The notes beneath the pieces are model-generated. The model ran no database searches, was not told where the DNA came from, and was given only the letters and a program-made list of their open reading frames with translations. DNA of 64,000 bases from a virus. A program made the translations under genes and the position numbers. The stretch covers positions 2,417 to 66,416 of the IMG/VR virus record IMGVR_UViG_3300032315_001390; one strand, given 5' to 3'. How positions within the stretch are numbered: the stretch's first letter is position 1; every line of letters starts with the position of its first letter. This document shows positions 42,048 to 51,576 of the stretch, piece by piece.

Positions 42048-43456
42048 TGAAAAAAATTATTTCAGAAGGTGGACTGAGAGATATCAAAAAACTTGCCAAA
42101 AGATATAAAAAGGCAAAAATTTATTACCACCAAGATTTGGATGGTGTAACAACCGCTCTCGGTATGAAAAAATATCTACAAGACAATGGTATTAAAGTTG
42201 TCGATTGTGAAATAATTCAATATGGTGACAGAGAATTTTCCATTAAAAAAACGGACGCTAGTGGGGAAGTAATGCCTGTTTTGGTAGATTTTGCACATGG
42301 TAAACCTATGTTTGTCATACATACCGATCATCATGATCGACAAGCGGGAGCTGAGGAAACAAAATCAAAATATTTTGGACAATCTAGATCCAATGTAGCC
42401 ACAATATCACAAAAAGTTTCACCTGTAGATATATTTCCTGATGAAGACATAAAATTAATATCTATGGTAGATTCCGCAGATTTCGTAAGAAATGGAATTA
42501 CCACTCAGGATGTTATCAATTATATTTTTAGGTTAGACAAACAAAAAGAACTTAGGAGAAATAAAGTTTTATTAGGATTAGTTTGTAATAAACTATTATT
42601 AGCATTCAAAAATAAACCAGGATTTTTGGACGATTTGGTCATGAATTGTCAACCATCTTTACTCTCGATTTATAACAGAATCAAAAAGTTGATGGTGGAA
42701 CGAAATTATGTCAAACCAGAAATATTACAAAAGAACATGGAGGATTATACTCAACAAATGAGTAATAGTCCAAACGTTAAACTAGATGATTCAATCATCA
42801 TACAATATGGTGGAGGTTCTATGATGAAACCTGGTTCATATGATAGATATACACCATTTAAAAATTACCCTAGTGCTGACTTTTTGGTAATTGCTTGGCC
42901 AATGGGATTGGTACAAGCAAGTTGTAATCCATTCAAAGAAGAAAGAGGATTAAAGGGTGTAAATTTAGGTGAAATCGCTCAAGAAGTTATTAACAGATGG
43001 AAAAAACAATTAGAGGAAAGAGTTGTACCATTATCAACGATAAAATATGTTTCTGAAAAATCAGTTGTAGATGAATCTGTAGGGTTTACACTTAAGGATT
43101 TCGTCGCACTTTTCGGATCAAAGTATTCTGGTATGATAACACCGACAGAACGTGAAGAAATTTCACAAATAATGAAAAAACCTTACTACGAATTATCAGA
43201 AGATGAATTTTTAAAATTGGATGAAGTTAAAATAAGTTGTTGGGATTTAATACAGGCGATGAGTGGTGGACACAAATGTATAACGAATATTTCAGGTTTG
43301 AATTATTTAGGTAGAGCTAAAAGACCACCACTAGGATCATATAGATATGATCCAGAATCAGATGATACTCCATACATTAAATTTACAAAAATGATACAAA
43401 ATGAATTTGTGGAAAAACTTAAAGAAAAAATCACACAAAGTAAAAATGGAAATTGA
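42044..43456 (+). CDS. DHH-DHHA1 family phosphoesterase (NrnA/RecJ-like)
   Basis: Motif I HQDLDGV, motif III IHTDHHD, C-terminal DHHA1 GGH motif (MSGGHKC). Confidence 0.6.
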   Translation: MMKKIISEGGLRDIKKLAKRYKKAKIYYHQDLDGVTTALGMKKYLQDNGIKVVDCEIIQYGDREFSIKKTDASGEVMPVLVDFAHGKPMFVIHTDHHDRQAGAEETKSKYFGQSRSNVATISQKVSPVDIFPDEDIKLISMVDSADFVRNGITTQDVINYIFRLDKQKELRRNKVLLGLVCNKLLLAFKNKPGFLDDLVMNCQPSLLSIYNRIKKLMVERNYVKPEILQKNMEDYTQQMSNSPNVKLDDSIIIQYGGGSMMKPGSYDRYTPFKNYPSADFLVIAWPMGLVQASCNPFKEERGLKGVNLGEIAQEVINRWKKQLEERVVPLSTIKYVSEKSVVDESVGFTLKDFVALFGSKYSGMITPTEREEISQIMKKPYYELSEDEFLKLDEVKISCWDLIQAMSGGHKCITNISGLNYLGRAKRPPLGSYRYDPESDDTPYIKFTKMIQNEFVEKLKEKITQSKNGN

Positions 43457-43607
43457 AAAACTTATTACTGACTTGAACAATCTCCAAAAGAACAAAGTTC
43501 AATTTTTCAAATTAGTTTTTGGTAAAGAAAATATTGACGTGGGAAAATTAATGGATGAGATAGATTTTTTGCGAAAGGTATCGGAATCCACTACTTTACG
43601 CAAAAAA

Positions 43608-44015
43608 TTACTTTAGTAATCGTGAAATTAATCGACGTAATCCTAGAGATACGTTATCAGGTAATTCATTTTTTTTGAAATATCCACATTCAGTATGTTC
43701 ATCACCATCAATAGCATTTTCTAAATCAGGAAATATTTTTTCTTTTTGTTTCGAAAGAAAAACGTAGAACAAGCCTTTTGATTTGATACCTGTTCTATTT
43801 TTCCTCAATATGATCGCAACCTTTTTCAAGGGTCCTGACAATTCGTGATCAGTTTCTTCCAAAAATTCTCTTCTCACACCATATTCCAAGTTCTCGTTCG
43901 GTTCAATTTTTCCAGCAGGAATACTCCATTCACCTGGTCGGTCACCTGATGAATTTCTTTTACAAAGTAGACACTCATTATTGACAACAACCAAAGTACC
44001 TCCGTATCTTTTCAT
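43608..44015 (-). CDS. NUDIX hydrolase
   Basis: Nudix box GKIEPNENLEYGVRREFLEETDHE (Gx5Ex7REUxEExGU-like). Confidence 0.7.
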   Translation of the reverse strand: MKRYGGTLVVVNNECLLCKRNSSGDRPGEWSIPAGKIEPNENLEYGVRREFLEETDHELSGPLKKVAIILRKNRTGIKSKGLFYVFLSKQKEKIFPDLENAIDGDEHTECGYFKKNELPDNVSLGLRRLISRLLK

Positions 44016-44038
44016 TTTTTGAATATTTAGTTATAAAT

Positions 44039-44383
44039 ATGATTATAAAAATAAATAATATCGATCTTAATTGTAAAGTAGTCTCTACACCCGAAAAAAT
44101 AATTCAGGGAATGATGAATAAAACTTTTGATGGGTTTGACTGTATGTTGTTTTTATTACCTAAATTTGGTCTTCAGTCTTTTTGGATGAAAAATTGTATC
44201 ATTCCTTTAGACATTTTATTCATTGATGATAATCATATTGAGTCGATTTCACACAACTGTCCACCTTGTAAGTCGGATGATTGTCCATCATATAAAGGTT
44301 ATGGAAGTATGGTTTTAGAATTACCTGGTGGGTATTGTAAAAAAAATGGTATCACCATAGGAGATAAAATTAATTTTCAGTAA
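44039..44383 (+). CDS. DUF192 (COG1430)-like protein
   Basis: MLFLLP...FWMKNC.IPLDILFID pattern typical of DUF192. Confidence 0.45.
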   Translation: MIIKINNIDLNCKVVSTPEKIIQGMMNKTFDGFDCMLFLLPKFGLQSFWMKNCIIPLDILFIDDNHIESISHNCPPCKSDDCPSYKGYGSMVLELPGGYCKKNGITIGDKINFQ

Positions 44384-44426
44384 ATTTTTTTGGATATCAT
44401 TTTTTTTCGTATCTTAGCGGTATAAA

Positions 44427-45583
44427 CTACCCAATCACATTTACAGGATGATTGGGTTTTAAACCTGACACAGAATGCATAACACAATACAGAGTCGATT
44501 TTTCAGGTTGATTTATAGCAACCCCAAGCAGAGAAATATTCTTACTAGCATTATTGTCAGCATCAAGAATTTTTTCCTTGCAATTTTTATTTGCACATTT
44601 AAAAACCTTATTAGTTCGTTTTCCAATGTGTTTGCATACATGACACATTTGACTAGTGTATGCAGGAGGAACAACAACCAACTTAACCCCAAAAAGGATG
44701 CTCTTGTATTCCAAAAAAGAACGAAGTTGATGGAAATTCCAGTTACCAAGTTTTGTTGTAAACGATTTATTTCTTTTTTTAGAAGTAAATCGAATACCAG
44801 TCAAATTTTCAATAGCAATTCCTTTACTTTGTTCTTTAGCAAGTTTTACAATAGATTTGGAAATAGTATGATTGATTATTGTTGCCGTTGTTTTTTCCCT
44901 ACCAGAAAGCCGTTTAGACAATTTCTTACAATTCCTTTTTGTGGAACGTTTAGAAGTGTCTGCCTTTGTTTGGATAGAACTACGTATATTTTGTTTTTTT
45001 TCCTATAATCATTGAGCCATTCACTCGAATGTTTAATATTGTTAGAGGTGGATATAATATCGGTAATACCAAAGTCAATACCGATAAACTCTTCTACATC
45101 CGTTATTTTTTCATCAGGTACTTCTACTGTTTGGAACAAATAAAATTTTCCTTTTTTATAAACAAGATCAGCCTCACCTTTGATATAAGGAATATAATTT
45201 CTGTTGTGACATATAAATGGAAGTTTTTTCAAACGACCACCGACTGTCCAAATGGAAACGGTATCATTTGGAGTATACGAAAGAATTCGTGGGTCGTAAG
45301 TTATGCTTCCCAACGATCTAAAGCTACGTTTGGTTTTTTTATCCAACTTATAAGCATCTGTCACTTTACTGATACAACGTATAATTACTTGAGCAGAAAG
45401 ATTGGTGGACTGTTTGATCGAATGATAAACTTCATTGTGAATTTTAAATTGATTAAAAATTCTTTTTTCCCAAATTACATCAGAAATTATATTACAAGCC
45501 AAATTTGCTTCTTGAATGGTATTAAACAAATATTTAGATTGTTCATCTGTAGGAAGAAGTTTTATTTTAAGAGTCAGTTTCAT
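44427..45583 (-). pseudogene. tnpB: IS200/IS605-family TnpB (OrfB) RNA-guided nuclease gene, split into two overlapping ORFs by a frameshift near 44876-44921 (44876..45583 and 44427..44921)
   Basis: N part: EFIGIDFGITD (RuvC-I); C part: VVPPAYTSQMCHVCKH...CANKNC (RuvC-II plus zinc finger), DADNNASKNI (RuvC-III); combined length about 385 aa, the normal TnpB size. Confidence 0.65.
44430..44460 (+). terminator. hairpin CCCAATCA-N11-TGATTGGG followed by TTTT (intrinsic-terminator-like on the + strand; it encodes the last TnpB codons on the - strand)
   Basis: 8-bp perfect stem 44430-37 / 44449-56, then a T-run at 44457-60, downstream of + gene 44039..44383. Confidence 0.5.
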
Positions 45584-45687
45584 TCATACATAAATAGTAC
45601 AAAAAAATTAAAAAATCAAATATTAGAAAAAATAATTATAGGAAATGCAAAAGCAGGTGCATTCCTCCCATCCACACTTCGTGATGA

Positions 45688-46182
45688 ATGGGTTTCCTGC
45701 ATTTATATTATATGAATATTTTTTGGTTAGATTACGATACAAAAAAATGTGCTCAGTATCATTGTGACAAACATTGTACCAAAATGATTGTGGAGTATGC
45801 TCAATTACTGTGTACATCACACCATGTTGCTAATACTAATAGTGATGATATTCCATACAAAATAGTACACAAAAATCATCCTTGTGCTATTTGGGCAAGA
45901 GAGTCATTATCCAATTATCTGATATTGTGTGAATTGGGTTTAGAACTATGTTCAGAATACACACATCGTTACAAAAAAACACACAAATCCAAAGAAGTTC
46001 TAGAGTGGTGCTTGATTAATAAATTAAAAATCGATGACAAGGGTTTTACAAAACCACCATTAGCAATGCCTGATGAGTTTAAGATCGAGGACGTTGTTGA
46101 ATCTTATCGTAGGTATTATGTGGGTGAAAAAAAACGTTTTGCGACTTGGAAAAATAGAAATATACCAATTTGGTTTAATTGA
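45688..46182 (+). CDS. hypothetical protein, possible pyrimidine-dimer DNA glycosylase (T4 DenV-like)
   Basis: Weak collinear resemblance to T4 endonuclease V (CDKHCTKMIVEYAQ ~ ADQHLMAEYRE; ILCELGLELCSEY ~ IELIAECLKRGF; C-terminal TWKNRNIPIWF ~ TWYKYYGKAIYA). Confidence 0.3.
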   Translation: MGFLHLYYMNIFWLDYDTKKCAQYHCDKHCTKMIVEYAQLLCTSHHVANTNSDDIPYKIVHKNHPCAIWARESLSNYLILCELGLELCSEYTHRYKKTHKSKEVLEWCLINKLKIDDKGFTKPPLAMPDEFKIEDVVESYRRYYVGEKKRFATWKNRNIPIWFN

Positions 46183-46188
46183 AAAAAA

Positions 46189-46542
46189 ATGGAAATTAGA
46201 ACAACAAAATTTGAAGAAGTTGAAAAAGAATTTGGTTCTTTGAAACCAGATTTACTTGATGAATCCGCAATTTATCAGGGTGCGTATTTTAAAGATAAGT
46301 TGGTTGGGGTAGTTTCATATGTACAACATCCTAACCATATTTATTTGGGACATGCTTTTGTGGTTGATGAACATCGAGGTAAAGGTATTTATAAGTTACT
46401 TTGGGAGTACAGAAATATGAAAGTCAAAGAATTAGGAAAACCACTCATTGCTCATTGCAACGTGTCTAGTTTGAAACACTTTTTGAATAATGGTTTCATT
46501 TTGGATAAAGGGTTGTTTTTAGTTACAAAGAATCACGAATGA
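46189..46542 (+). CDS. GNAT-family N-acetyltransferase
   Basis: FVVDEHRGKGIYKLLWEY (acetyl-CoA-binding R/QxxGxG/A motif A) in a 117-aa protein. Confidence 0.6.
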   Translation: MEIRTTKFEEVEKEFGSLKPDLLDESAIYQGAYFKDKLVGVVSYVQHPNHIYLGHAFVVDEHRGKGIYKLLWEYRNMKVKELGKPLIAHCNVSSLKHFLNNGFILDKGLFLVTKNHE

Positions 46543-47228
46543 AAGAAATAGATGCACTTTTAATATCCGACGTTCATTTAGGATCTAAAGGTTGTAATGC
46601 TGATAAACTTTTAGAAGTTCTCAAACAGTACAAACCTAAAGAATTAATTATCGTAGGTGATTTCATTGATGGGTGGTTACTCAAAAGAAGGTTTTATTGG
46701 CCACAATCCCATACAAACATTTTACGTAAAATTTTATCTTTTTCAAAAAACGGCACAAAAATCCATTACATTACCGGAAATCACGATGAATACTTACGTA
46801 ACTATGTTCCATTAATTTTAGGAAACATTGAAATTAAAGATGAAATGGTTTGGAACAATTACTATATTGCTCATGGTGATTTATACGATGGAGTAGTACA
46901 GTTGAAATGGTTAGGTCATCTTGGTAGTTGGGGTTATGAACTCGCAATTTTGGTAGACAGAACGTTAAAAAAACTTGGATATAAAAAATCCTTGAGTTTA
47001 TTTTTGAAATTGAAAGTAAAAGAAGCGGTTAAATTCATTACAAGATTTGAAAAACAACTTGAATATCAAGCCGAAAAAAGAAATTGTATAGGAGTGATTT
47101 GTGGTCACATTCATACACCATTAATAGATTTGAACAGAAAAATTCATTATATTAATTGTGGAGATTGGATCGAAAGTAATTCATACATAATTTACAATAA
47201 AAATAAATTTGTTTTAAAAAAAATTTAG
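46539..47228 (+). CDS. calcineurin-like metallophosphoesterase (LpxH/YaeI-like)
   Basis: SDVHLG, VGDFIDGW, GNHDEY, AHGDLYDG, GHIHTP motifs. Confidence 0.65.
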   Translation: MKEIDALLISDVHLGSKGCNADKLLEVLKQYKPKELIIVGDFIDGWLLKRRFYWPQSHTNILRKILSFSKNGTKIHYITGNHDEYLRNYVPLILGNIEIKDEMVWNNYYIAHGDLYDGVVQLKWLGHLGSWGYELAILVDRTLKKLGYKKSLSLFLKLKVKEAVKFITRFEKQLEYQAEKRNCIGVICGHIHTPLIDLNRKIHYINCGDWIESNSYIIYNKNKFVLKKI

Positions 47229-47283
47229 TTGGAAATTCAAATTTTTTACACTAAATTTGTAATTCAAATTATTATCTAAAAAA

Positions 47284-47553
47284 ATGAATACAGAAATCAA
47301 AATACTTGTAACAGCAACTTTTGTTGATGGTAGAGCTTATTTCAATATTAAATTACCAGAGGATGGCCAAAATAATGAAACCATTACTTTGAATACTATT
47401 CGTATGATATTAACTGGTGCTGTTGCTATGACTGTTAGAATGTCAGAAAATGACGTTGAGGCTATGAAACAAGTTATTGAACTTTTGAATGATCAATTTG
47501 TAAGTCCCGATGCATTTGAGGATGGTAAAATTATGGTACCAGAAAAAAATTAA
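47284..47553 (+). CDS. hypothetical protein
   Basis: 89-aa ORF with a TAAATTTG motif upstream. Confidence 0.4.
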   Translation: MNTEIKILVTATFVDGRAYFNIKLPEDGQNNETITLNTIRMILTGAVAMTVRMSENDVEAMKQVIELLNDQFVSPDAFEDGKIMVPEKN

Positions 47554-47564
47554 ATGTAAAAGTT

Positions 47565-48188
47565 ATGAAAAGTAAATTTGAATTCAAAGACAATCGTCCT
47601 TTTAGTGTAAAGGCGAAAGATTTTATGCAATCACTCCTATTTTGGAGAGGTAGAAAAAAAGGAATTATCTACACTCGTGATATTGGGTGGAGTGATATTC
47701 GTGAAATATTCTTTCCTAAAAACTTTGAGGAAAAATATGGTTATTTAGGTTCAGTTCCTTATGACCCAAGGACAAATACTTTTAAGGCACTTTTACCCTT
47801 AGTTCTTGCTATGGATTATGAAGCAAAACCTAAATGGTGTCCTCGTTGGGTATTGAGATTCCTTTATGTATTTGGGAATGATAAATCCATTGTAAGGGTT
47901 CGTAATAGGTTTTTGTCTAATTTATCTAAAAAACTAACCAAAGGAATTACACTATACGATTACAAGACTAAATGGTCGTACTACGATTTAAGGATTAGTA
48001 TTGAAGCTCCCCAATATCTACAAGATTTGGCTGATGATATTGAACGTGGTTACTACCAAAGAGGTAAGAGAGAAGAACTACTTCTTAGCATTAAAAGGAT
48101 TCAACCTGATTTTGATAAGTGGATGTCCATCAAAGATCTTGAAAACTATTTAGAAACTTTAACAGAAACAAAAAATGGCAACTCTTGA
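47565..48188 (+). CDS. hypothetical protein
   Basis: 207-aa ORF. Confidence 0.45.
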   Translation: MKSKFEFKDNRPFSVKAKDFMQSLLFWRGRKKGIIYTRDIGWSDIREIFFPKNFEEKYGYLGSVPYDPRTNTFKALLPLVLAMDYEAKPKWCPRWVLRFLYVFGNDKSIVRVRNRFLSNLSKKLTKGITLYDYKTKWSYYDLRISIEAPQYLQDLADDIERGYYQRGKREELLLSIKRIQPDFDKWMSIKDLENYLETLTETKNGNS

Positions 48189-48741
48189 AGTAACAAACGA
48201 ACAATTAAGGTTAATCCAACAAGCTTTGGATATGTATTCTCGAATTGGAATAGGACAGATGTGGGTAATTAAAGACCACCCTACATTCTATAATGTTTTG
48301 CGGGATAAACTCCGACCTAAAAAACAATTAGAAGTTGGTGACCGAACTGAAAGAGGTGAAGTCGTAGAAATTGGAAAAGGTTATATCAAAACTTCTGGCC
48401 GTTGGGGCAATGGTGAAGAAATTCGCACTTGGACTGATGCTGAGAATGTAAAACTATCCATTGATTATGGCTTGTATCATCAAATTAGAGATGAAGCGGA
48501 TAAAATACTGAGTGAAGGTAGAAACAAACTCCTACAAGAAGATTTGGGTAAAAATGGAAGTTATAGTATTTATAACCCCAATGAAGTGGATGAAAGTTGT
48601 CGGGTTGCTTTTGACTTGATACAGGTTATTAGGCACGAATTTTGGAAAAACGATCCAGATAGAAGTAGCATAACTGTTGATTCATCAGTACATTTGAGCA
48701 CAAAGGAATCAGGTAAAATTAAATGTAAAATAGATGTCTAA
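48175..48741 (+). CDS. hypothetical protein
   Basis: 188-aa ORF. Confidence 0.45.
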   Translation: MATLEVTNEQLRLIQQALDMYSRIGIGQMWVIKDHPTFYNVLRDKLRPKKQLEVGDRTERGEVVEIGKGYIKTSGRWGNGEEIRTWTDAENVKLSIDYGLYHQIRDEADKILSEGRNKLLQEDLGKNGSYSIYNPNEVDESCRVAFDLIQVIRHEFWKNDPDRSSITVDSSVHLSTKESGKIKCKIDV

Positions 48742-49012
48742 ATACAAACCCATAGGGATTACACCCAAAGAAAAAGCAGACCAGTTGTTAGAATCTGTTA
48801 TGTTTAGTCTAAATAAACAATTTGACCCAAACACAGGTAAAGACCAACCAATTCCGCGCAATCCATACTATAAAGAATGTGCATTAGCAATTGTAAACGA
48901 AATCTTTGAGTTTATGAAAAAAGATGATTTAGACTCCGAAACGGCTTATTGGGCTAATCATCCTATTTCTAATTTTTGGGTTGATGTTGAACGTGAAATT
49001 AAATTGAGATGA
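48734..49012 (+). CDS. hypothetical protein
   Basis: 92-aa ORF. Confidence 0.4.
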   Translation: MSKYKPIGITPKEKADQLLESVMFSLNKQFDPNTGKDQPIPRNPYYKECALAIVNEIFEFMKKDDLDSETAYWANHPISNFWVDVEREIKLR

Positions 49013-50031
49013 ACTTACTTATAACTTTAGAAAAATATTTTCAAGAAGGTTGGTTGATTAAACAAACTCATCCAACTTTACCTCTGACAATTTGGAATTA
49101 TTCCCAATCAACCCAATACGAGGGTAAGTGGGATGAGATAACCCTTATGTGTAGAGGTTTGGTAACAGATGACAATGGAAATATCGTTGCTAGACCTTTC
49201 AAGAAGTTTTTCAATTTAGAAGAGAATAAACACACACCAACCTCAGAATTCGAAGTTTATGAAAAGATGGATGGTTCTTTGGGTAATATGTTCAAATACA
49301 ATGGAGAGCTTGTTTGTGCTACCCGTGGTTCATTTACCTCAGAGCAATCTGAATGGATGTCAAATTTTGCCAAAAAATACAACTATAAAGACATCTTAGT
49401 TGATGGATTAACCTACTTGTTTGAAATAATTTATCCCGAAAATAGAATTGTAGTGGATTATGGTAACCAAGAAAGATTAGTATTGTTAGTTATTATAAAA
49501 ACCCAAACTGGTGAAGAAGTATCCTACGATGAAATTTCTCAATTTGATGGTTGGGATATTGTCAAAAAATACGATGGAATTAGGGACTACACCCAACTGA
49601 AGAGTATAATTTCTAACAACCAAGAAGGTTTCGTTGTAAGGTTTTCAAACGGAAATAGGGTAAAAATCAAAGGAGAAGAATACTTGCGTCTTCATAAGAT
49701 TATGACTGAAGTTTCAACTAAATCTGTTTGGGAGATTTTATCCAATGGAGGTAATATGGAAGAGATACTCAGAGATGTTCCTGATGAGTTTTTTGATAAA
49801 ATAAAGGAATATGAAATGGAACTTGTTTCTAAATTTGATGATATAAAAGATGAATATAATTGGATTTATAAAATCTTAGAAAGAAATGAGGAAATTTCAG
49901 AAAATAGAGCTATCTTTGCCCAATACGCTAAAAGATACAAACACCCCTCCATTTTATTTGGTCTATTGGATGGTAAAAATATAGACCCTATGATTTGGAA
50001 AATTATACAACCCGAATACAAAAAACTATGA
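49009..50031 (+). CDS. ATP-dependent RNA ligase, T4 Rnl1 (RnlA)-like
   Basis: CRGLVTDDNGNIVARPFKKFFNLEENKHT matches T4 Rnl1 [33 protein letters not shown]; nucleotidyltransferase motif I EKMDGSL (KxDGSL, as in T4 KEDGSL); later FVVRFSNGNRVKIKGEEY (motif IV/V-like). Confidence 0.7.
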   Translation: MNLLITLEKYFQEGWLIKQTHPTLPLTIWNYSQSTQYEGKWDEITLMCRGLVTDDNGNIVARPFKKFFNLEENKHTPTSEFEVYEKMDGSLGNMFKYNGELVCATRGSFTSEQSEWMSNFAKKYNYKDILVDGLTYLFEIIYPENRIVVDYGNQERLVLLVIIKTQTGEEVSYDEISQFDGWDIVKKYDGIRDYTQLKSIISNNQEGFVVRFSNGNRVKIKGEEYLRLHKIMTEVSTKSVWEILSNGGNMEEILRDVPDEFFDKIKEYEMELVSKFDDIKDEYNWIYKILERNEEISENRAIFAQYAKRYKHPSILFGLLDGKNIDPMIWKIIQPEYKKL

Positions 50032-50441
50032 AATACTCAATTTATTTAGATGATGTAAGGACACCCATTCCAGGTAATATAGACTGGATTGTTGTTAGAA
50101 GCTACGACGAGTTCGTGAGTAAAGTCACCCAAATCGGTCTTGACAACATAGACCTTATTTCCCTCGACCATGACCTGGGCGACTCAGCTATGCAGGAGTG
50201 GCACACAAATGTCTATCACAACTACACGCTGGATTACAACAACATTACAGAAAAAACAGGTATGGACTGTACAAAATGGTTGGTTGATCAGTGGCTGGAC
50301 GGAGCTCCGGTGGTGAGGGTTATGGTTCATTCTGCAAACGCTATCGGATCGGCTAATATGATGGGTTATATCAACAATTACAAACATGTGCATAGAATGC
50401 CGCAAGATTGTCAAAGGTGGGTAGTTCCACACACGGTTTGA
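50028..50441 (+). CDS. receiver (CheY-like) fold protein, translationally coupled to the Rnl1-like ligase
   Basis: ATG 50028 overlaps the ligase stop (ctATGAaa); IYLDDVRTP....ISLDHDLGD has the acidic-pocket pattern of receiver-like domains; the CPR-domain assignment is tentative. Confidence 0.4.
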   Translation: MKYSIYLDDVRTPIPGNIDWIVVRSYDEFVSKVTQIGLDNIDLISLDHDLGDSAMQEWHTNVYHNYTLDYNNITEKTGMDCTKWLVDQWLDGAPVVRVMVHSANAIGSANMMGYINNYKHVHRMPQDCQRWVVPHTV

Positions 50442-50494
50442 TTTTATGGAATTTTTGTTGTATCTTTGTCTAAAACTATTCAAAAATTAAAATT

Positions 50495-50701
50495 ATGAAA
50501 AAATTGGTGCTCTTGATATGTTTTTTCACAATCTCCTGTAATAATGATCGTCCGTGGCGAGTCATTGAGGTAAGACAGAAAAGTGAAATGTGTGAGTACG
50601 TTTTGAGTCGTAGTAACGGACTCGGTCCACAATTAAAAGAAGTAATAGACACTTGTGGAAAATATCAATGGAATCAAATAATTCAAAACAAAGACCTATG
50701 A
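50495..50701 (+). CDS. small lipoprotein
   Basis: MKKLVLLICFFTISC signal peptide with lipobox (TISC). Confidence 0.45.
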   Translation: MKKLVLLICFFTISCNNDRPWRVIEVRQKSEMCEYVLSRSNGLGPQLKEVIDTCGKYQWNQIIQNKDL

Positions 50702-51177
50702 AACAATACTTAGAGTGGCTTGAAAAACAAATTGACTTTTGTTTAGAGGATAAAACGATGCAAAGAGAACATTGGGCTTTTTGTAGGGCATACGAGAAGT
50801 TCAAAAGCCTTGAAACAACAATTGAATCAGAAGAACTCACGCCCCACATTGCCGAATCAGAAGAACTCACGCCCCACATTGAATACTACGACAACGGAAA
50901 TGTGCGTATTAAAGGACAAAATAATTCCAAAGGACAACGAGAAGGTATTTGGGAATTCTTCTACGAAAACGGAAACATCCAAAAGAGAAGCCCATACAAA
51001 GAGGGTAGGAGGGATGGAATTGAGGAGATATTCTATGAAAACGGAAACATCGAATGTAGAACCTCTTACGAAAAGGGTATTTGGAATGGAGATGAGGAGA
51101 GGTTCTATTCAAATCCCGGAAATATCCGTATTAGAACTCCATACAAATGGACCCAATTGCTTCGAGAAATTTCATGA
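50698..51177 (+). CDS. MORN/YwqK-repeat protein (paralogue 1 of 3), contains a 30-nt tandem duplication
   Basis: Repeats YYDNGNVRIKGQ..G.REG.WEFFYENGNI..R.PYK.G..DG (MORN-variant, YwqK antitoxin-like); start at 50698 overlaps the lipoprotein stop (ATGA). Confidence 0.6.
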   Translation: MKQYLEWLEKQIDFCLEDKTMQREHWAFCRAYEKFKSLETTIESEELTPHIAESEELTPHIEYYDNGNVRIKGQNNSKGQREGIWEFFYENGNIQKRSPYKEGRRDGIEEIFYENGNIECRTSYEKGIWNGDEERFYSNPGNIRIRTPYKWTQLLREIS

Positions 51178-51248
51178 ACAAGGAAACATCGTCGAAACCC
51201 GTCATTGGAAAGACGGAAAACCAATTGAAGTAACTAAACACTAAAACT

Positions 51249-51572
51249 ATGACCAACGAACTCACACTCCACATTCAATACTACGACAAAGGAAATGTAT
51301 GTATTAAAGGACAAAGAAACTCCGAAGGACAACGAGAGGGGTTTTGGGAGTATTTTTATCCAAACGGAAACATCCATTGGAGAATCCCATTCAAAGAGGG
51401 CAAGATAGATGGAATTTGGGAGTGGTTCTATCCAAACGGAAACATCCGTTGTAGAACCCCATACAAGGAGGGTGAGATGGATGGAATTGAGGAGAGGTTC
51501 TATGAAAACGGAAACATCATTAAAACCTTTCTATGGAAAGACGGAAAACTAATTGAAGAAACTAAACACTAA
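51249..51572 (+). CDS. MORN/YwqK-repeat protein (paralogue 2)
   Basis: Same repeat units; ends ...KDGKLIEETKH, like its paralogues. Confidence 0.6.
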   Translation: MTNELTLHIQYYDKGNVCIKGQRNSEGQREGFWEYFYPNGNIHWRIPFKEGKIDGIWEWFYPNGNIRCRTPYKEGEMDGIEERFYENGNIIKTFLWKDGKLIEETKH

Positions 51573-51576
51573 ACCT

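Larger units (their letters stand above)
44384..45690 (-). mobile_element. IS200/IS605-like (IS1341-type, tnpB-only) element remnant; boundaries approximate
   Basis: tnpB plus an imperfect hairpin GGAAATGCA-aaagcaggt-GCATTCC at 45642-45668 upstream (a candidate left-end structure) and a hairpin at the tnpB 3' end; no tnpA present. Confidence 0.4.

Noticed and set aside
44430-44460. Interpreting the tnpB 3' hairpin solely as an IS right-end structure
   Set aside because: On the + strand it is followed by TTTT and lies downstream of gene 44039..44383, so it may simply be an intrinsic terminator. Both readings are kept open.
44475-45715. + strand ORFs 44475..45008 and 45029..45715 opposite tnpB
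   Set aside because: They lie antisense to a gene with clear TnpB catalytic motifs; their translations are low-complexity (F/I/N/K-rich) with no recognisable domains.
50825-50884. Short direct repeats (30-nt tandem duplication and others) considered as a possible CRISPR array
   Set aside because: Only two adjacent copies with no spacers. They lie inside a coding region and keep the reading frame. No cas genes, and no other repeat-spacer structure in the window.
50562-51244. ORFs 50562..50879 (-), 50810..51244 (+), 50909..51112 (-) overlapping the first MORN gene
   Set aside because: Alternative-frame or antisense reads of the MORN repeat gene. The duplicated MWGVSSSDS peptide just reflects the 30-nt DNA duplication.
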